This document shows, piece after piece, positions 29,480 through 38,466 of a DNA stretch of 64,000 nt (position 1 is its first letter; every line of letters begins with the position of its first letter). The DNA comes from an uncultured bacterium (GTDB taxonomy: Bacteria > Chlamydiota > Chlamydiia > Chlamydiales > Simkaniaceae). Where the stretch lies: the NCBI GenBank assembly GCA_964350675.1, contig CAYGKJ010000007.1:17176-81175 (forward strand), in the 5' to 3' direction. Position numbers and translations under genes: made by a program. The notes beneath the pieces are model-generated. The model saw only the letters and a list, made by a program, of their open reading frames with translations. It was not told the origin of the DNA and ran no database searches.

Positions 29480-30418
29480 ATGGAAACATGGAGACAGATT
29501 CAAAAAACCAACTTTACAAAGATTGCTGAACTTGCAAGCTTTCTAGAAATTGATCCAAGCGCAATCTTAAAATCTCCATTTCCTTTGAATTTCCCGAGAA
29601 GGCTCGCCGAAAAAGTAGAGAAGGGCCGACTTGATGACCCCCTCCTCATGCAGTTTCTACCAATTCACCAAGAAACCCTAAAAACACCTGGATTTACAGC
29701 TGACCCTGTTTCTGATCGCTCCTTCCAAAAAAGCCCCCGCCTTCTTCAAAAATATCAAGGACGTGCTCTCTTGATTACCACCAGTGCCTGTGTCATGAAC
29801 TGCCGGTTCTGTTTTAGACAAAATTATCCCTACGAGCAGGACAAAAACCACACTGAGGAAATTGAGCTCATCAAAAACGACTCGACCATTCATGAAGTGA
29901 TCCTCAGTGGAGGAGACCCCCTCTCTCTTTCTGATGAACGCTTAAAAGCATTAATCGAAGCACTCAGCGAAATCCCTCATCTAAAACTCCTCCGGTTCCA
30001 CACCCGTTTCCCTATTGGCATCCCTGAACGGATCACCCCTTCTTTCTTAAAAATTCTTGAAGAGACGCACCTGCAAGTCATTTTTATTCTCCATACAAAC
30101 CACCCAAAGGAGCTTGATCAGGATGTTCTCGCTTCTCTTAAGAAAATCCAAGCTCCTGTTCTCACACAAACAGTTCTTTTGAAAAACATCAACGACAATC
30201 TAGAAACCTTAAAGACCCTCTTTATGACTCTCATTTCAAATGGTATGATTCCATACTACTTACATCAACTTGACCGGATTGAGCAAGCAGCACACTTTGA
30301 AGTCCCTATAAGAAAAGGTCAAAAGTTGATCCATGCACTGCGTGTAGAACTTCCTGGCTACGCCATCCCTACATATGTGCAAGAAATCCCTCACAAAACT
30401 TCTAAGACCCCCATTTAG
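29480..30418 (+). CDS. epmB: KamA-family radical SAM protein (lysine 2,3-aminomutase-like, EF-P beta-lysylation EpmB type)
   Basis: It has the CVMNCRFCFRQ (CxxxCxxC) cluster and LSGGDPL, and is 312 aa long. Confidence 0.85.
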   Translation: METWRQIQKTNFTKIAELASFLEIDPSAILKSPFPLNFPRRLAEKVEKGRLDDPLLMQFLPIHQETLKTPGFTADPVSDRSFQKSPRLLQKYQGRALLITTSACVMNCRFCFRQNYPYEQDKNHTEEIELIKNDSTIHEVILSGGDPLSLSDERLKALIEALSEIPHLKLLRFHTRFPIGIPERITPSFLKILEETHLQVIFILHTNHPKELDQDVLASLKKIQAPVLTQTVLLKNINDNLETLKTLFMTLISNGMIPYYLHQLDRIEQAAHFEVPIRKGQKLIHALRVELPGYAIPTYVQEIPHKTSKTPI

Positions 30419-30440
30419 CTTGATATAGATCTCGATGCGC

Positions 30441-30703
30441 GAAGGCGTTGTTGAATAAATACACCTAATTCTTTAACACTCTGTAAACGCTTTCACAGAT
30501 TATACCAATCCCAAGTGAGTTGCTCCTGAATTGGCTTGAAAATTCTTTTGAAAAAATGTTCTTGGAGATTGCAGCTAACCACTTGATGATTAGAAAGATC
30601 GAAAGGATGTTTTTCCGAAAGAAGATCAAGATGAATTTAGGAACAACTCACTTGGGGTTGGTATTATCGGTGACTTAAGTCGATTTATTCAACACAGCCC
30701 TTC
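30441..30703. repeat. imperfect inverted repeat (inverted partial duplication of a gene fragment)
   Basis: Arm pair A, 30502-30532, is the reverse complement of 30634-30664, with 28 of 31 matching by my count (ataccaatcccaagtgagttgctcctgaatt vs aatttaggaacaactcacttggggttggtat). Arm pair B, 30449-30460 (tgttgaataaat), is the exact reverse complement of 30683-30694, with looser similarity beyond it. The left side carries about 27 extra nt between the arms. Confidence 0.8.
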
Positions 30704-31308
30704 AGAGGCTGTACAGAACGCCCTGAACGTTTTAGAAGCATTTACTTTTATGCAGTCTCCATCAACTGGTGCCCTCTATTATGCGATCAAAGGATCTCTG
30801 GGTAATAACAGGAAGTCAAACAGAGCTCTGGGGCGTAGGATATTCCGATCAAGATAAGAACGGGAAAGCTGGCAACTATCAAGATGGAATTATTTCAGCT
30901 GAATGGACAGCAGGAGCTATCAATATGGTTCGTGTCCTTATCACTCAATATACCGAAGCTGAAACTTCTTCGAAATATACACCTACGCAGCAGCAGCAAG
31001 CCAAACAGTTTGTGACGTCATTGCAAGTAGATCATGACAGCATGGTGAAATATCTCCTCACTTTAAGAAATGATCAGTATGCTGAAACAGATGCTTATGC
31101 AACAACACGTCCTAAGGATTACAATACTCTTGTTCCTGTTTCATCAAACCAATTAGCTTTCATTTATGCTAGCAAGCGGTATATGATCCCCTTTGGATGG
31201 TTTGCAAATCCTCTTCCTAGCACCACATCAACTTCTTGGTCGCTAATGCTTCATTACAACTATAACCCTTTCAGTCCCGAGGGGAACTATGAGGCCTATA
31301 GCTGGTAA
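30594..31308 (+). pseudogene. N-terminally truncated, frameshifted remnant of a gene of unknown family
   Basis: Frame 0 is open from 30594 without a start codon and reads protein-like (..DEFRNNSLGVGIIGDLSRFIQHSPSEAVQNALNVLEAFTFMQSPSTGALYYAIK). The sense then continues in frame 1 (DLWVITGSQTELWGVGYSDQDKNG...NYEAYSW, the ORF-track ORF 30769-31308). One extra nt near 30789-30793 would explain the shift. Confidence 0.6.
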
Positions 31309-31322
31309 ATAATGCAGATAAA

Positions 31323-31344
31323 AGACCCCAACTCATTGGGGTCT
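31323..31344. terminator. bidirectional rho-independent terminator
   Basis: The stem agacccca (31323-31330) pairs with tggggtct (31337-31344) around a 6-nt loop, with an A-run upstream and ttttt downstream. It lies between two convergent gene ends. Confidence 0.7.
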
Positions 31345-31361
31345 TTTTGTTAATTTTAGAG

Positions 31362-32399
31362 CTAAAAGTCGATACGCCCCATAAAAGTCAGTCCTTCTAT
31401 AGAAAGATCGCTCTCTTCCAGTCCTCGAAGGTTTAGAAGTTGTCCCCAATAAAACTGTGTTTCGTATCCTATACGGAATTGAGTAGACAATCGATCGGGA
31501 ATAAAGCACCACTCCCAATCTAACCCTACAAACATTTGAGCAGCTGGCCGCACGCGGTGCGCATTCCCCTCCTGGCGAATATGTGATATCGAGGCAGTAG
31601 GAGGTCCACCATTTCCACCTTCTAAATCATTCTCATCAGCTCGCGCTTTCTGCTCAAACTTTCCCCAAACTATCGCCCCAGAAACCTTTCCTAATAAACC
31701 AATTCCCCATCCAAAATTCCACTTTCCTTCAAATGCAAAATAGGGACCGATTCCCCAATAATCATTCGTCGCATTTAAAAATTCAGGAAAACCTGTAATC
31801 ACTCCGACATTCGGGAGGGGGATTGTTTGGACATTTTCATAGTTGTATCGAATTTGTTGGTGAATCCAAAAAGTTTTCCCACCAAAGGAAGGGCGTATGC
31901 TCCATGTGTCACTGACAAAATATCTTCTGCCCCAGTCAAAATCAATAATATTTAGCATCAGGTCATAGCTGACTTTAGCGCGATTGGTAACAAAAGGGGC
32001 ACCACCATTACCGAGCCGCTCAATGTCTATCAAACTATGAGTGGATGATCTAAAGGTCGTGACGGGATTATTATGAAGATGTGTCCAATTCACATAGAGA
32101 TCCCACCCATCAAAAGGAAGATTTCCACCAAGGCCCAGTTTAAAACCCGGGCTATACTTAAAATCTATTTCTTTTGATTTGACGTCAACGAATCTTTCTA
32201 CTCCATTTTGCTCAAACGCAAACGTTCCAATAGTGTTTAATTCCTCCTGGCGGGCTTTCCAGTAAATAAACTCCCCGGTCAAAAATACTCCCGCATATCC
32301 ATCGCATGCTCGAGTAGATCGATTAGGTGTAGCAACAACAGTATCTCCATAGATATTTCCACAAGCAGCTAGAAATAAAAATAAAAAAACCTTCTTCAT
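31362..32399 (-). CDS. MOMP-like outer-membrane beta-barrel protein (porin-like)
   Basis: It has a signal peptide (MKKVFLFLFLAACGNIYG, possible lipobox LAAC) and the N-terminal motif C-x-GYAGVFLTGEFIYWKARQEEL, reminiscent of the chlamydial/Legionella MOMP family. The pattern alternates and is aromatic- and Gly-rich, and the C-terminal residue is Phe (..GRIDF). Confidence 0.7.
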   Translation of the reverse strand: MKKVFLFLFLAACGNIYGDTVVATPNRSTRACDGYAGVFLTGEFIYWKARQEELNTIGTFAFEQNGVERFVDVKSKEIDFKYSPGFKLGLGGNLPFDGWDLYVNWTHLHNNPVTTFRSSTHSLIDIERLGNGGAPFVTNRAKVSYDLMLNIIDFDWGRRYFVSDTWSIRPSFGGKTFWIHQQIRYNYENVQTIPLPNVGVITGFPEFLNATNDYWGIGPYFAFEGKWNFGWGIGLLGKVSGAIVWGKFEQKARADENDLEGGNGGPPTASISHIRQEGNAHRVRPAAQMFVGLDWEWCFIPDRLSTQFRIGYETQFYWGQLLNLRGLEESDLSIEGLTFMGRIDF

Positions 32400-32486
32400 A
32401 CAAATTCTCCATGTTACTCTTAAAAAAAAGCAGGCTCATTCTGAGCGTGACGTTAATATATTTTTTAATTATTGTAAAAGGAGGGA

Positions 32487-34205
32487 TTACATTCGATCCA
32501 TCGTCTTTAGACCAAGGATTTGAAGTCCTTGTTTCAGGATGCGTGCGGTCAGCTCACACAGAACAAGCCGACTACTTTCTTCATCCGCTCCTTCAACGCG
32601 GCAGTCGCGGAAAAAAGCATGAAATTTTTCAGCTAAATCGTAAAGGTAGTCAGAAAGACGATTGGGAAGGAGATCGCGATCCATATGCGCAAGCGTTTCC
32701 CCAAATTGACGCAATTGTAATCCGAGAGCAACCTCTGTCGGATGCTTCAAAATGATAGGTGTGGTTGCATAAAGAGCATGAATATCTTTATTGCATTTTC
32801 TTTTGATTCCTTGAATACGCACATAGGAGTATAAGAGGTACGCGGCAGTGTTTCCTTCAAACTTCAGCATGCGGTCGTAGCTAAAAATATAGTCTTTAAC
32901 GCGATGGCAAGAGAGGTCTGCATATTTGACGGCATCAACACCTAGAATATGGGCAAGCTCATCAATTTCTGTTTCTGTCCCATCTTGAAGGCGTTCTTGC
33001 AAGAGAATCCGCGCTTGACGTACTGCTTCAGAAAGAAGATCAATGAGTTTTTCTGTTTCCCCGGATCGCGTTTTGAATTTCTTCCCATCAGCACCAAGAA
33101 CCACCCCAAAAGGAACATGTTCAACTTGTACCTTTTTAGGATCGTAAATCCCCGCTTTCTCTGCCGCTTTAAAAACCATTTGAAAGTGCAGTTGTTGCCC
33201 TGCATCAACAACATAAATAATCCGGTCTGCATTTTCTTCTCGCACACGTTGCGCAAGGGCCGCTGCATCTGTTGAGGCGTAGTTAAAACCCCCATCAGAT
33301 TTTTGCAAAATCATAGGAATTTCATATCCTTCGAGAAACACACACTTTGCCCCATCAGAGATTTCAACGATCCCCGACTTTTCATATTCCTCAACAATTT
33401 TAGGAAGGCGCTCATTATAAAAAGACTCCCCTCTCTCGGTAAGGTTGGCATCCAAAAATGTGTAAATCTCTGAAAACCCTCTGCGAGAAATTTCACAGAT
33501 CCTTTTCCATGCATCAAGGGCCTCTTGATCTCCTCCCTGCAAGCTAACCACCTGGTGTTGTGCGCGCTTTTTGAACTCAGGATCAGCATCAAATGCCTTT
33601 TTTGATTCTTTGTACCAGCTCATCAAGGAAGAAAGATCGGTCTCTTTCTCTCCGACAAGAACCTCTGGTTCCTTCTCTTTGAGGTAGGTGATGAGCATTC
33701 CAAACTGCGTTCCCCAATCTCCAATGTGATTTAAACGAAGAACATCGTGTCCTAAAAACTCAAACAGGCGAGCTAAACTTTCCCCTATTACTGTAGAACG
33801 GAGATGACCCACATGAAGTTCTTTCGCCACATTGGGTGAGGAAAACTCTACAATCACTTTCTTCTTTTCTTTGAGAGGTGGTACCCCTAGCCGAGGGTCC
33901 GCAGCCACCTCAGTGGCTTGCTTGGAAAGAAACTCTGGTGACAACGTAATATTTATAAAACCTAGGCCGGCAACCTCGAGCTTTTCAATCATCCCCGCTT
34001 TTGGCCATTTTTCAAGAATTTGCTCTGCAATCTTTCGAGGATTGGATTTTAAAGCCTTTGCAAGCTTCATCGCAGAATTACACTGGTAGTGCCCAAACTG
34101 AGGGTTTGTACTCTGAGTGATAGCGGCTACAGAATCAGCCTTGGGGAATAGTTCCTTGATCACATTGCTTGCTTGCTCTTGGAGCTGGTCTGTCAAATTT
34201 TCCAT
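32487..34205 (-). CDS. argS: arginyl-tRNA synthetase
   Basis: SSPNVAKELHVGHLRST is the HIGH motif, and the DALR-type C-terminus ends ..MDRM. Confidence 0.93.
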   Translation of the reverse strand: MENLTDQLQEQASNVIKELFPKADSVAAITQSTNPQFGHYQCNSAMKLAKALKSNPRKIAEQILEKWPKAGMIEKLEVAGLGFINITLSPEFLSKQATEVAADPRLGVPPLKEKKKVIVEFSSPNVAKELHVGHLRSTVIGESLARLFEFLGHDVLRLNHIGDWGTQFGMLITYLKEKEPEVLVGEKETDLSSLMSWYKESKKAFDADPEFKKRAQHQVVSLQGGDQEALDAWKRICEISRRGFSEIYTFLDANLTERGESFYNERLPKIVEEYEKSGIVEISDGAKCVFLEGYEIPMILQKSDGGFNYASTDAAALAQRVREENADRIIYVVDAGQQLHFQMVFKAAEKAGIYDPKKVQVEHVPFGVVLGADGKKFKTRSGETEKLIDLLSEAVRQARILLQERLQDGTETEIDELAHILGVDAVKYADLSCHRVKDYIFSYDRMLKFEGNTAAYLLYSYVRIQGIKRKCNKDIHALYATTPIILKHPTEVALGLQLRQFGETLAHMDRDLLPNRLSDYLYDLAEKFHAFFRDCRVEGADEESSRLVLCELTARILKQGLQILGLKTMDRM

Positions 34206-34309
34206 AGAGATCCATCATGCGTCTCTCCCCCTAAAATTGTCAAGATTGTTAAAGCACAAAAACCCTCAGCCATGCTACGATAGCCCCACATTCAAAAAAG
34301 GAGTGAATA

Positions 34310-34708
34310 ATGTCGAATTACGCTGCACTCGCTGTTCTTAGCGAACTATCAAAGGTTACAGCAAACAATACTGCCAGCACCCTTGCTATGATGGCAAACA
34401 TGGACATCCAAACATTGCGCGTCCTGTCGACAGCATATAAAGTGAGTTCTTCCACCCAGTCGTGGCTTTGGGTCTACCGCATAGGGACCGTGGGATCGCT
34501 GACAGGCGGCTTACTTCTCTCTGGAGCAAACAAAGAACCTGGACTTCTAATAGTGGGTGGTATTTCAACTATAGTTTTTTTCGTTTTATGGATGAATCTT
34601 TCTGAAAAAATTAGTTATAATAACTACTGGTATGGAAAATGTATTGAGTTCATCAATCAAAAGGAGCTTCTTGACACAAGCTCCCAATTGAATAGTATCA
34701 TCAAATAA
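34310..34708 (+). CDS. hypothetical membrane protein with bilobed hydrophobic domain (Inc-like)
   Basis: In this 132-aa protein, residues about 52-95 are WLWVYRIGTVGSLTGGLLLSG-ANKEPG-LLIVGGISTIVFFVLWM. That is two hydrophobic lobes joined by a short loop. Confidence 0.55.
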   Translation: MSNYAALAVLSELSKVTANNTASTLAMMANMDIQTLRVLSTAYKVSSSTQSWLWVYRIGTVGSLTGGLLLSGANKEPGLLIVGGISTIVFFVLWMNLSEKISYNNYWYGKCIEFINQKELLDTSSQLNSIIK

Positions 34709-34811
34709 GCCTTGTCGAAAGGGGTCTTTAATAGACAATAGATTCAGGGTTGAAGATAAAGATTTTTTCCGATAGAATGGGTTGGCAAAATTGAATCAAG
34801 GATTATGTGAA

Positions 34812-35537
34812 ATGGTAAGCACCATCATTACCCCAAGTCTGAAAGATCTCCTGGTTGACTACCTAAAGAAACACAAAAAGTCGGATCTATTAACGACTTA
34901 CTTCTTCTTTCTCGAAAAAAAATACAATATCCAGCCTGTCTTGTTTTTGCGAGAAAAAACAATCTTTCAGAGCAAAACCGAGCTGTTGAAAAGACTTGAA
35001 GACTCTGGAAAACTTTGGCGCGAGACCGAAATAAAGATTCAAGTCGGCACACAATCAGTCAATGCAGCAACGAAGAAAATCTACATCTGCCCCTTTACTG
35101 GAAAAGTTTTTGGAGATAATACGCACCCTAATCCTCAAGATGCAATTTACGACTGGGTATCAAAATGTCCTGAGAATAAAGAAAGACTCGATGGGATAAA
35201 AGTGAAGCGTTTTTTTGTTTCTGAAGATCCTGATGTCATTAAAAATTATATCCAGAAAAGGCGTGAGCCTATCTCTAAAATTGTCTTTTCGTCTGGGGTG
35301 ACTGGAAAGCTGTTTAACAGCAAAAAAGCAGTCCTTGATGACTTCGAAAAGAACCAGCTCAAGAGCATGGAGCTTGTCGATGTTCCTTCTCAAAACCGCT
35401 ATCAGATTGAAGAGCATTTTCTCGCTTTCATCCAAGAACAACTCGACGATACTAGAATTTCTGCGTTCGTTGAAGCAATGAGCACCCACGATGAATTTGA
35501 GACCCATGTCGCTCGCTGGATTGAAGAGAATCAGTAA
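34812..35537 (+). CDS. conserved hypothetical protein
   Basis: This is a long ORF with typical coding composition. I prefer ATG 34812, which has AAGGA upstream, over TTG 34782. I recognise no motif except a Cys pair (YICPF..VSKCPEN). Confidence 0.6.
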   Translation: MVSTIITPSLKDLLVDYLKKHKKSDLLTTYFFFLEKKYNIQPVLFLREKTIFQSKTELLKRLEDSGKLWRETEIKIQVGTQSVNAATKKIYICPFTGKVFGDNTHPNPQDAIYDWVSKCPENKERLDGIKVKRFFVSEDPDVIKNYIQKRREPISKIVFSSGVTGKLFNSKKAVLDDFEKNQLKSMELVDVPSQNRYQIEEHFLAFIQEQLDDTRISAFVEAMSTHDEFETHVARWIEENQ

Positions 35538-35940
35538 ATCTTCAGAAGAAACTGTTTCCATTGGGGAGGAAATTGGTCAATTGATCTCTAGGGAACAGAT
35601 CATCTGTTTCACAGGGGATCTGGGAGCAGGGAAGACAACTCTCATTAAGGGAATTGCAGCTAGGATTACGGGCCTATCCCCTTATGAAATCAATAGCCCC
35701 ACCTTCAATTATCTCAATATTTACGAAGGAAGTAAAACTCTGTATCACTTCGATTGCTACCGCCTAAACGGACCGCAAGATTTTCTTGAGCGCGGTCTCG
35801 ATGAATATTTTGGCTTCCTCTGTTTAGTGGAATGGCCAGAAAGAATTGCTCCAATACTACCACCGAATCGAGGGATGATCAAGATTGAATACCACGGGGA
35901 AAAGGAGCGAGTGATCCGTTATGAAGAAAGTTCTCTTTAA
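35506..35940 (+). CDS. tsaE: tRNA threonylcarbamoyladenosine biosynthesis ATPase TsaE
   Basis: GDLGAGKTTLIKGI (P-loop), SPTFNY, HFDCYRL and VEWPE motifs are present. Confidence 0.88.
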   Translation: MSLAGLKRISKSSEETVSIGEEIGQLISREQIICFTGDLGAGKTTLIKGIAARITGLSPYEINSPTFNYLNIYEGSKTLYHFDCYRLNGPQDFLERGLDEYFGFLCLVEWPERIAPILPPNRGMIKIEYHGEKERVIRYEESSL

Positions 35941-36511
35941 AAAGGCCGTATTTCTAACATCGGCCCTCAAAACCGACGAGCTTCCTGATATGGAGCTCCC
36001 TGAAATTGCTGTTGTGGGGCGCTCTAACGTAGGGAAATCTTCTCTCATTAATCATCTCCTCCGTTCAAAGACCGTTGCAAAAGTTTCTTCAAAACCAGGG
36101 AAAACACAGCGGATCAATTATTTTGTCATTGACGATTCCCTTGTACTTGTCGACCTCCCGGGATATGGCTATGCTAAAACCTCGAAGAGCCTCCAAGAGG
36201 AATGGGGGGGATGGATTGACAAATACTTAAAAGAGCGCGGACTGAAGCTGATTATTTTTCTTCTTGACTCTAGACGAGAACTCACAGTCGAAGACCGACA
36301 GTTTATTGAATGGGCACAGCATATCCACATGCCACTCCTGCTTATCTTGACAAAAGGTGATAAACTCTCTCAATCAGAAAGGCATGCTTCACTAAAGCGC
36401 ATCGAAGGTGAGAAATCCTTGAGTGGATTGCCTCCCGTACTGTACTCTATAAAAGAAGGGAAGTGCAGAGAAGCACTCATCCATGAAGTAAACAAGGCAT
36501 TATGGGACTAA
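35921..36511 (+). CDS. engB: ribosome biogenesis GTP-binding protein EngB/YsxC
   Basis: EIAVVGRSNVGKSSLIN (G1), DLPGYG (G3) and TKGDK (G4) are present. Confidence 0.9.
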   Translation: MKKVLFKKAVFLTSALKTDELPDMELPEIAVVGRSNVGKSSLINHLLRSKTVAKVSSKPGKTQRINYFVIDDSLVLVDLPGYGYAKTSKSLQEEWGGWIDKYLKERGLKLIIFLLDSRRELTVEDRQFIEWAQHIHMPLLLILTKGDKLSQSERHASLKRIEGEKSLSGLPPVLYSIKEGKCREALIHEVNKALWD

Positions 36512-37251
36512 TCCACAAAGATACATTTCTTTGCTTTGACTGTGAATCTACAGGACTTGATCCCGAAAAAGATCGACTCATTGAAATTGCGGCTGCTACC
36601 TTCACTTTTGACGGAATCCTCGATTCAAAAGAAGATCTCATTGATCCTAGCATTTCGATCCCTCAACAGACGATTGAAATCCATCACATTACTGATGAAA
36701 TGGTCCGGGGAAAGCCTTTAATCAAAGAAGTTGTTGCAGACTATTTAAGTTTTATCGGGGATCATATTGTTGTGGGGCATGGGATCCCTTTTGACTTAAC
36801 CCTGTTAGACTCAGAATCAAAACGGTCATATGTTGAATCTAACCTATTAAAACAGAAATACATCGATACGCTTCGCATGGCCCGCCTATATGGCGAAAGC
36901 CCTACGAATTCTCTCGAGACTCTCCGAAAACATTTCAATATTGAAGCTCATGGGGCGCACCGCGCAATGAATGATGTGATCGTAAACATCGAGGTTTTTA
37001 AACACTTAAGCCGAAAGTTTAAGACGACTGAAGAACTCATAAAACGTCTCGAAAAGCCGATTGCCCTCAAACTCATGCCTCTTGGCAAACACAAGGGCCG
37101 TTTGTTTCGCGATATCCCCATTGAGTACCTGCGTTGGGCTGCCAATCAAAATTTTGATCAAGATCTCCTTTTCTCACTCCGCTCCGAGCTCAAAAAGAGG
37201 AAGCAAGGAAACCTTTTTTCACAAGCCTCTAACCCCTTTTCAAATTTATGA
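36502..37251 (+). CDS. DEDDh 3'-5' exonuclease (DnaQ/epsilon-like) with C-terminal DUF3820-like domain
   Basis: Exo I is CFDCESTGLD, Exo II is VGHGIPFDL and Exo III is HGAHRAMNDV. The C-terminal block is GKHKGRLFRDIPIEYLRWAANQ. Confidence 0.8.
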   Translation: MGLIHKDTFLCFDCESTGLDPEKDRLIEIAAATFTFDGILDSKEDLIDPSISIPQQTIEIHHITDEMVRGKPLIKEVVADYLSFIGDHIVVGHGIPFDLTLLDSESKRSYVESNLLKQKYIDTLRMARLYGESPTNSLETLRKHFNIEAHGAHRAMNDVIVNIEVFKHLSRKFKTTEELIKRLEKPIALKLMPLGKHKGRLFRDIPIEYLRWAANQNFDQDLLFSLRSELKKRKQGNLFSQASNPFSNL

Positions 37252-38432
37252 AACTTTCCCTTCAAGATTTAGATATCAATGGGAAGAAGGTGTTAATGCG
37301 GGTAGATTTCAATGTCCCTCTCAATGAGGCGGGAATGATAACGAATGATGCTCGAATTCAAGCCTCTCTTCCATCAATAGAATATGTACTTGCCCAGGGG
37401 GGCGCCCTAATCCTCATGTGTCATTTTGGAAGACCGAAAGGGAAGATCGACCCCAACTTATCCTTGCGGCCTGTGGCTCAACACCTGTCTAATATTTTGG
37501 AGCGAGACGTCATGCTAGCTCCAGACAGCGTGGGAAGTGAAGTCGAAAGTATTGCAAAGAATCTCCAGTCTGGCAAAGTCCTTCTGTTGGAAAACCTTCG
37601 ATTTCACAAGGGAGAAGAGCATCCAGCTGAAGAACCTGAGTTTGCAGAAAACCTTGCAAAATTGGGCGATATTTACGTAGATGATGCCTTTGGAGCTGCT
37701 CACAGAAGTCATTCCTCTATTGTGGGAATCACCAAGTTTTTCCCTAAAACCAGTGCAATGGGTTTCCTTATGGAAAAAGAGGTTTCCTACCTCTCACAAG
37801 TTGTTTTGAACCCTAAGCGTCCTTTTTATGCCATCATTGGAGGAGCCAAAGTTGGAAGCAAGTTAGGTGTTCTCAATTCTTTATCTCAAAAAATCGACGG
37901 AATCTTCATCGGGGGTGGGATGTCGTTTACTTTTTTCAAAGCGATGGGTCTTTCTATTGGAGATTCCGTTTGCGACGTTGAAATGATCGACAATGCCAAG
38001 TATTTCCTAAAAGTTTGTGAAGAAAAAGCTATTCAGGTGCACCTTCCTAAAGATTTAGTTGTCACCAATGACGAAGATACCCAAATGATCCTCTCGAAAG
38101 ATGGAATCAAAGATGGCTGGAAGGGGATGGATATTGGCCCCCAAACAGTCGAGGAATGGACTCCCCTTTTGAGTAAAGGAGCAACAATTTTTTGGAATGG
38201 CCCAATGGGAGTATTTGAAGAACCTTCATTTGCCCATGGTACAGAAAGGCTTGCTCAAAATTTATCTACCATGTCGGGAGATGTGATCGTTGGAGGGGGC
38301 GATTCTGTTGCTGCTATTAGCGATCTAGAATTAGAGAAAAGTTTTGCCCATCTTTCTACTGGAGGAGGAGCATCTCTAGAGTTTATTGAATTTGGCCATC
38401 TCCCTGGAATTGATGCTCTCACACCCAAATAA
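37248..38432 (+). CDS. pgk: phosphoglycerate kinase
   Basis: VLMRVDFNVPL, MCHFGRPKG and FWNGPMGVFE are present, and the protein is 394 aa long. Confidence 0.95.
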   Translation: MKLSLQDLDINGKKVLMRVDFNVPLNEAGMITNDARIQASLPSIEYVLAQGGALILMCHFGRPKGKIDPNLSLRPVAQHLSNILERDVMLAPDSVGSEVESIAKNLQSGKVLLLENLRFHKGEEHPAEEPEFAENLAKLGDIYVDDAFGAAHRSHSSIVGITKFFPKTSAMGFLMEKEVSYLSQVVLNPKRPFYAIIGGAKVGSKLGVLNSLSQKIDGIFIGGGMSFTFFKAMGLSIGDSVCDVEMIDNAKYFLKVCEEKAIQVHLPKDLVVTNDEDTQMILSKDGIKDGWKGMDIGPQTVEEWTPLLSKGATIFWNGPMGVFEEPSFAHGTERLAQNLSTMSGDVIVGGGDSVAAISDLELEKSFAHLSTGGGASLEFIEFGHLPGIDALTPK

Positions 38433-38438
38433 TACCAA

Positions 38439-38466
38439 TTGTCAAATATCCTGCTCATGCTATAAT
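38439..38466 (+). promoter_or_regulatory. sigma-70/66-type promoter of NTT copy 1
   Basis: TTGTCA (38439-38444), a 16-nt spacer and TATAAT (38461-38466). The same architecture is repeated upstream of copy 2. Confidence 0.6.

Noticed and set aside
32411-33295. Plus- and minus-strand alternative-frame ORFs (114, 117 and 108 aa) within argS
   Set aside because: They overlap the argS reading frame, which carries the HIGH motif and the full-length synthetase. The alternative translations look like frame shadows.
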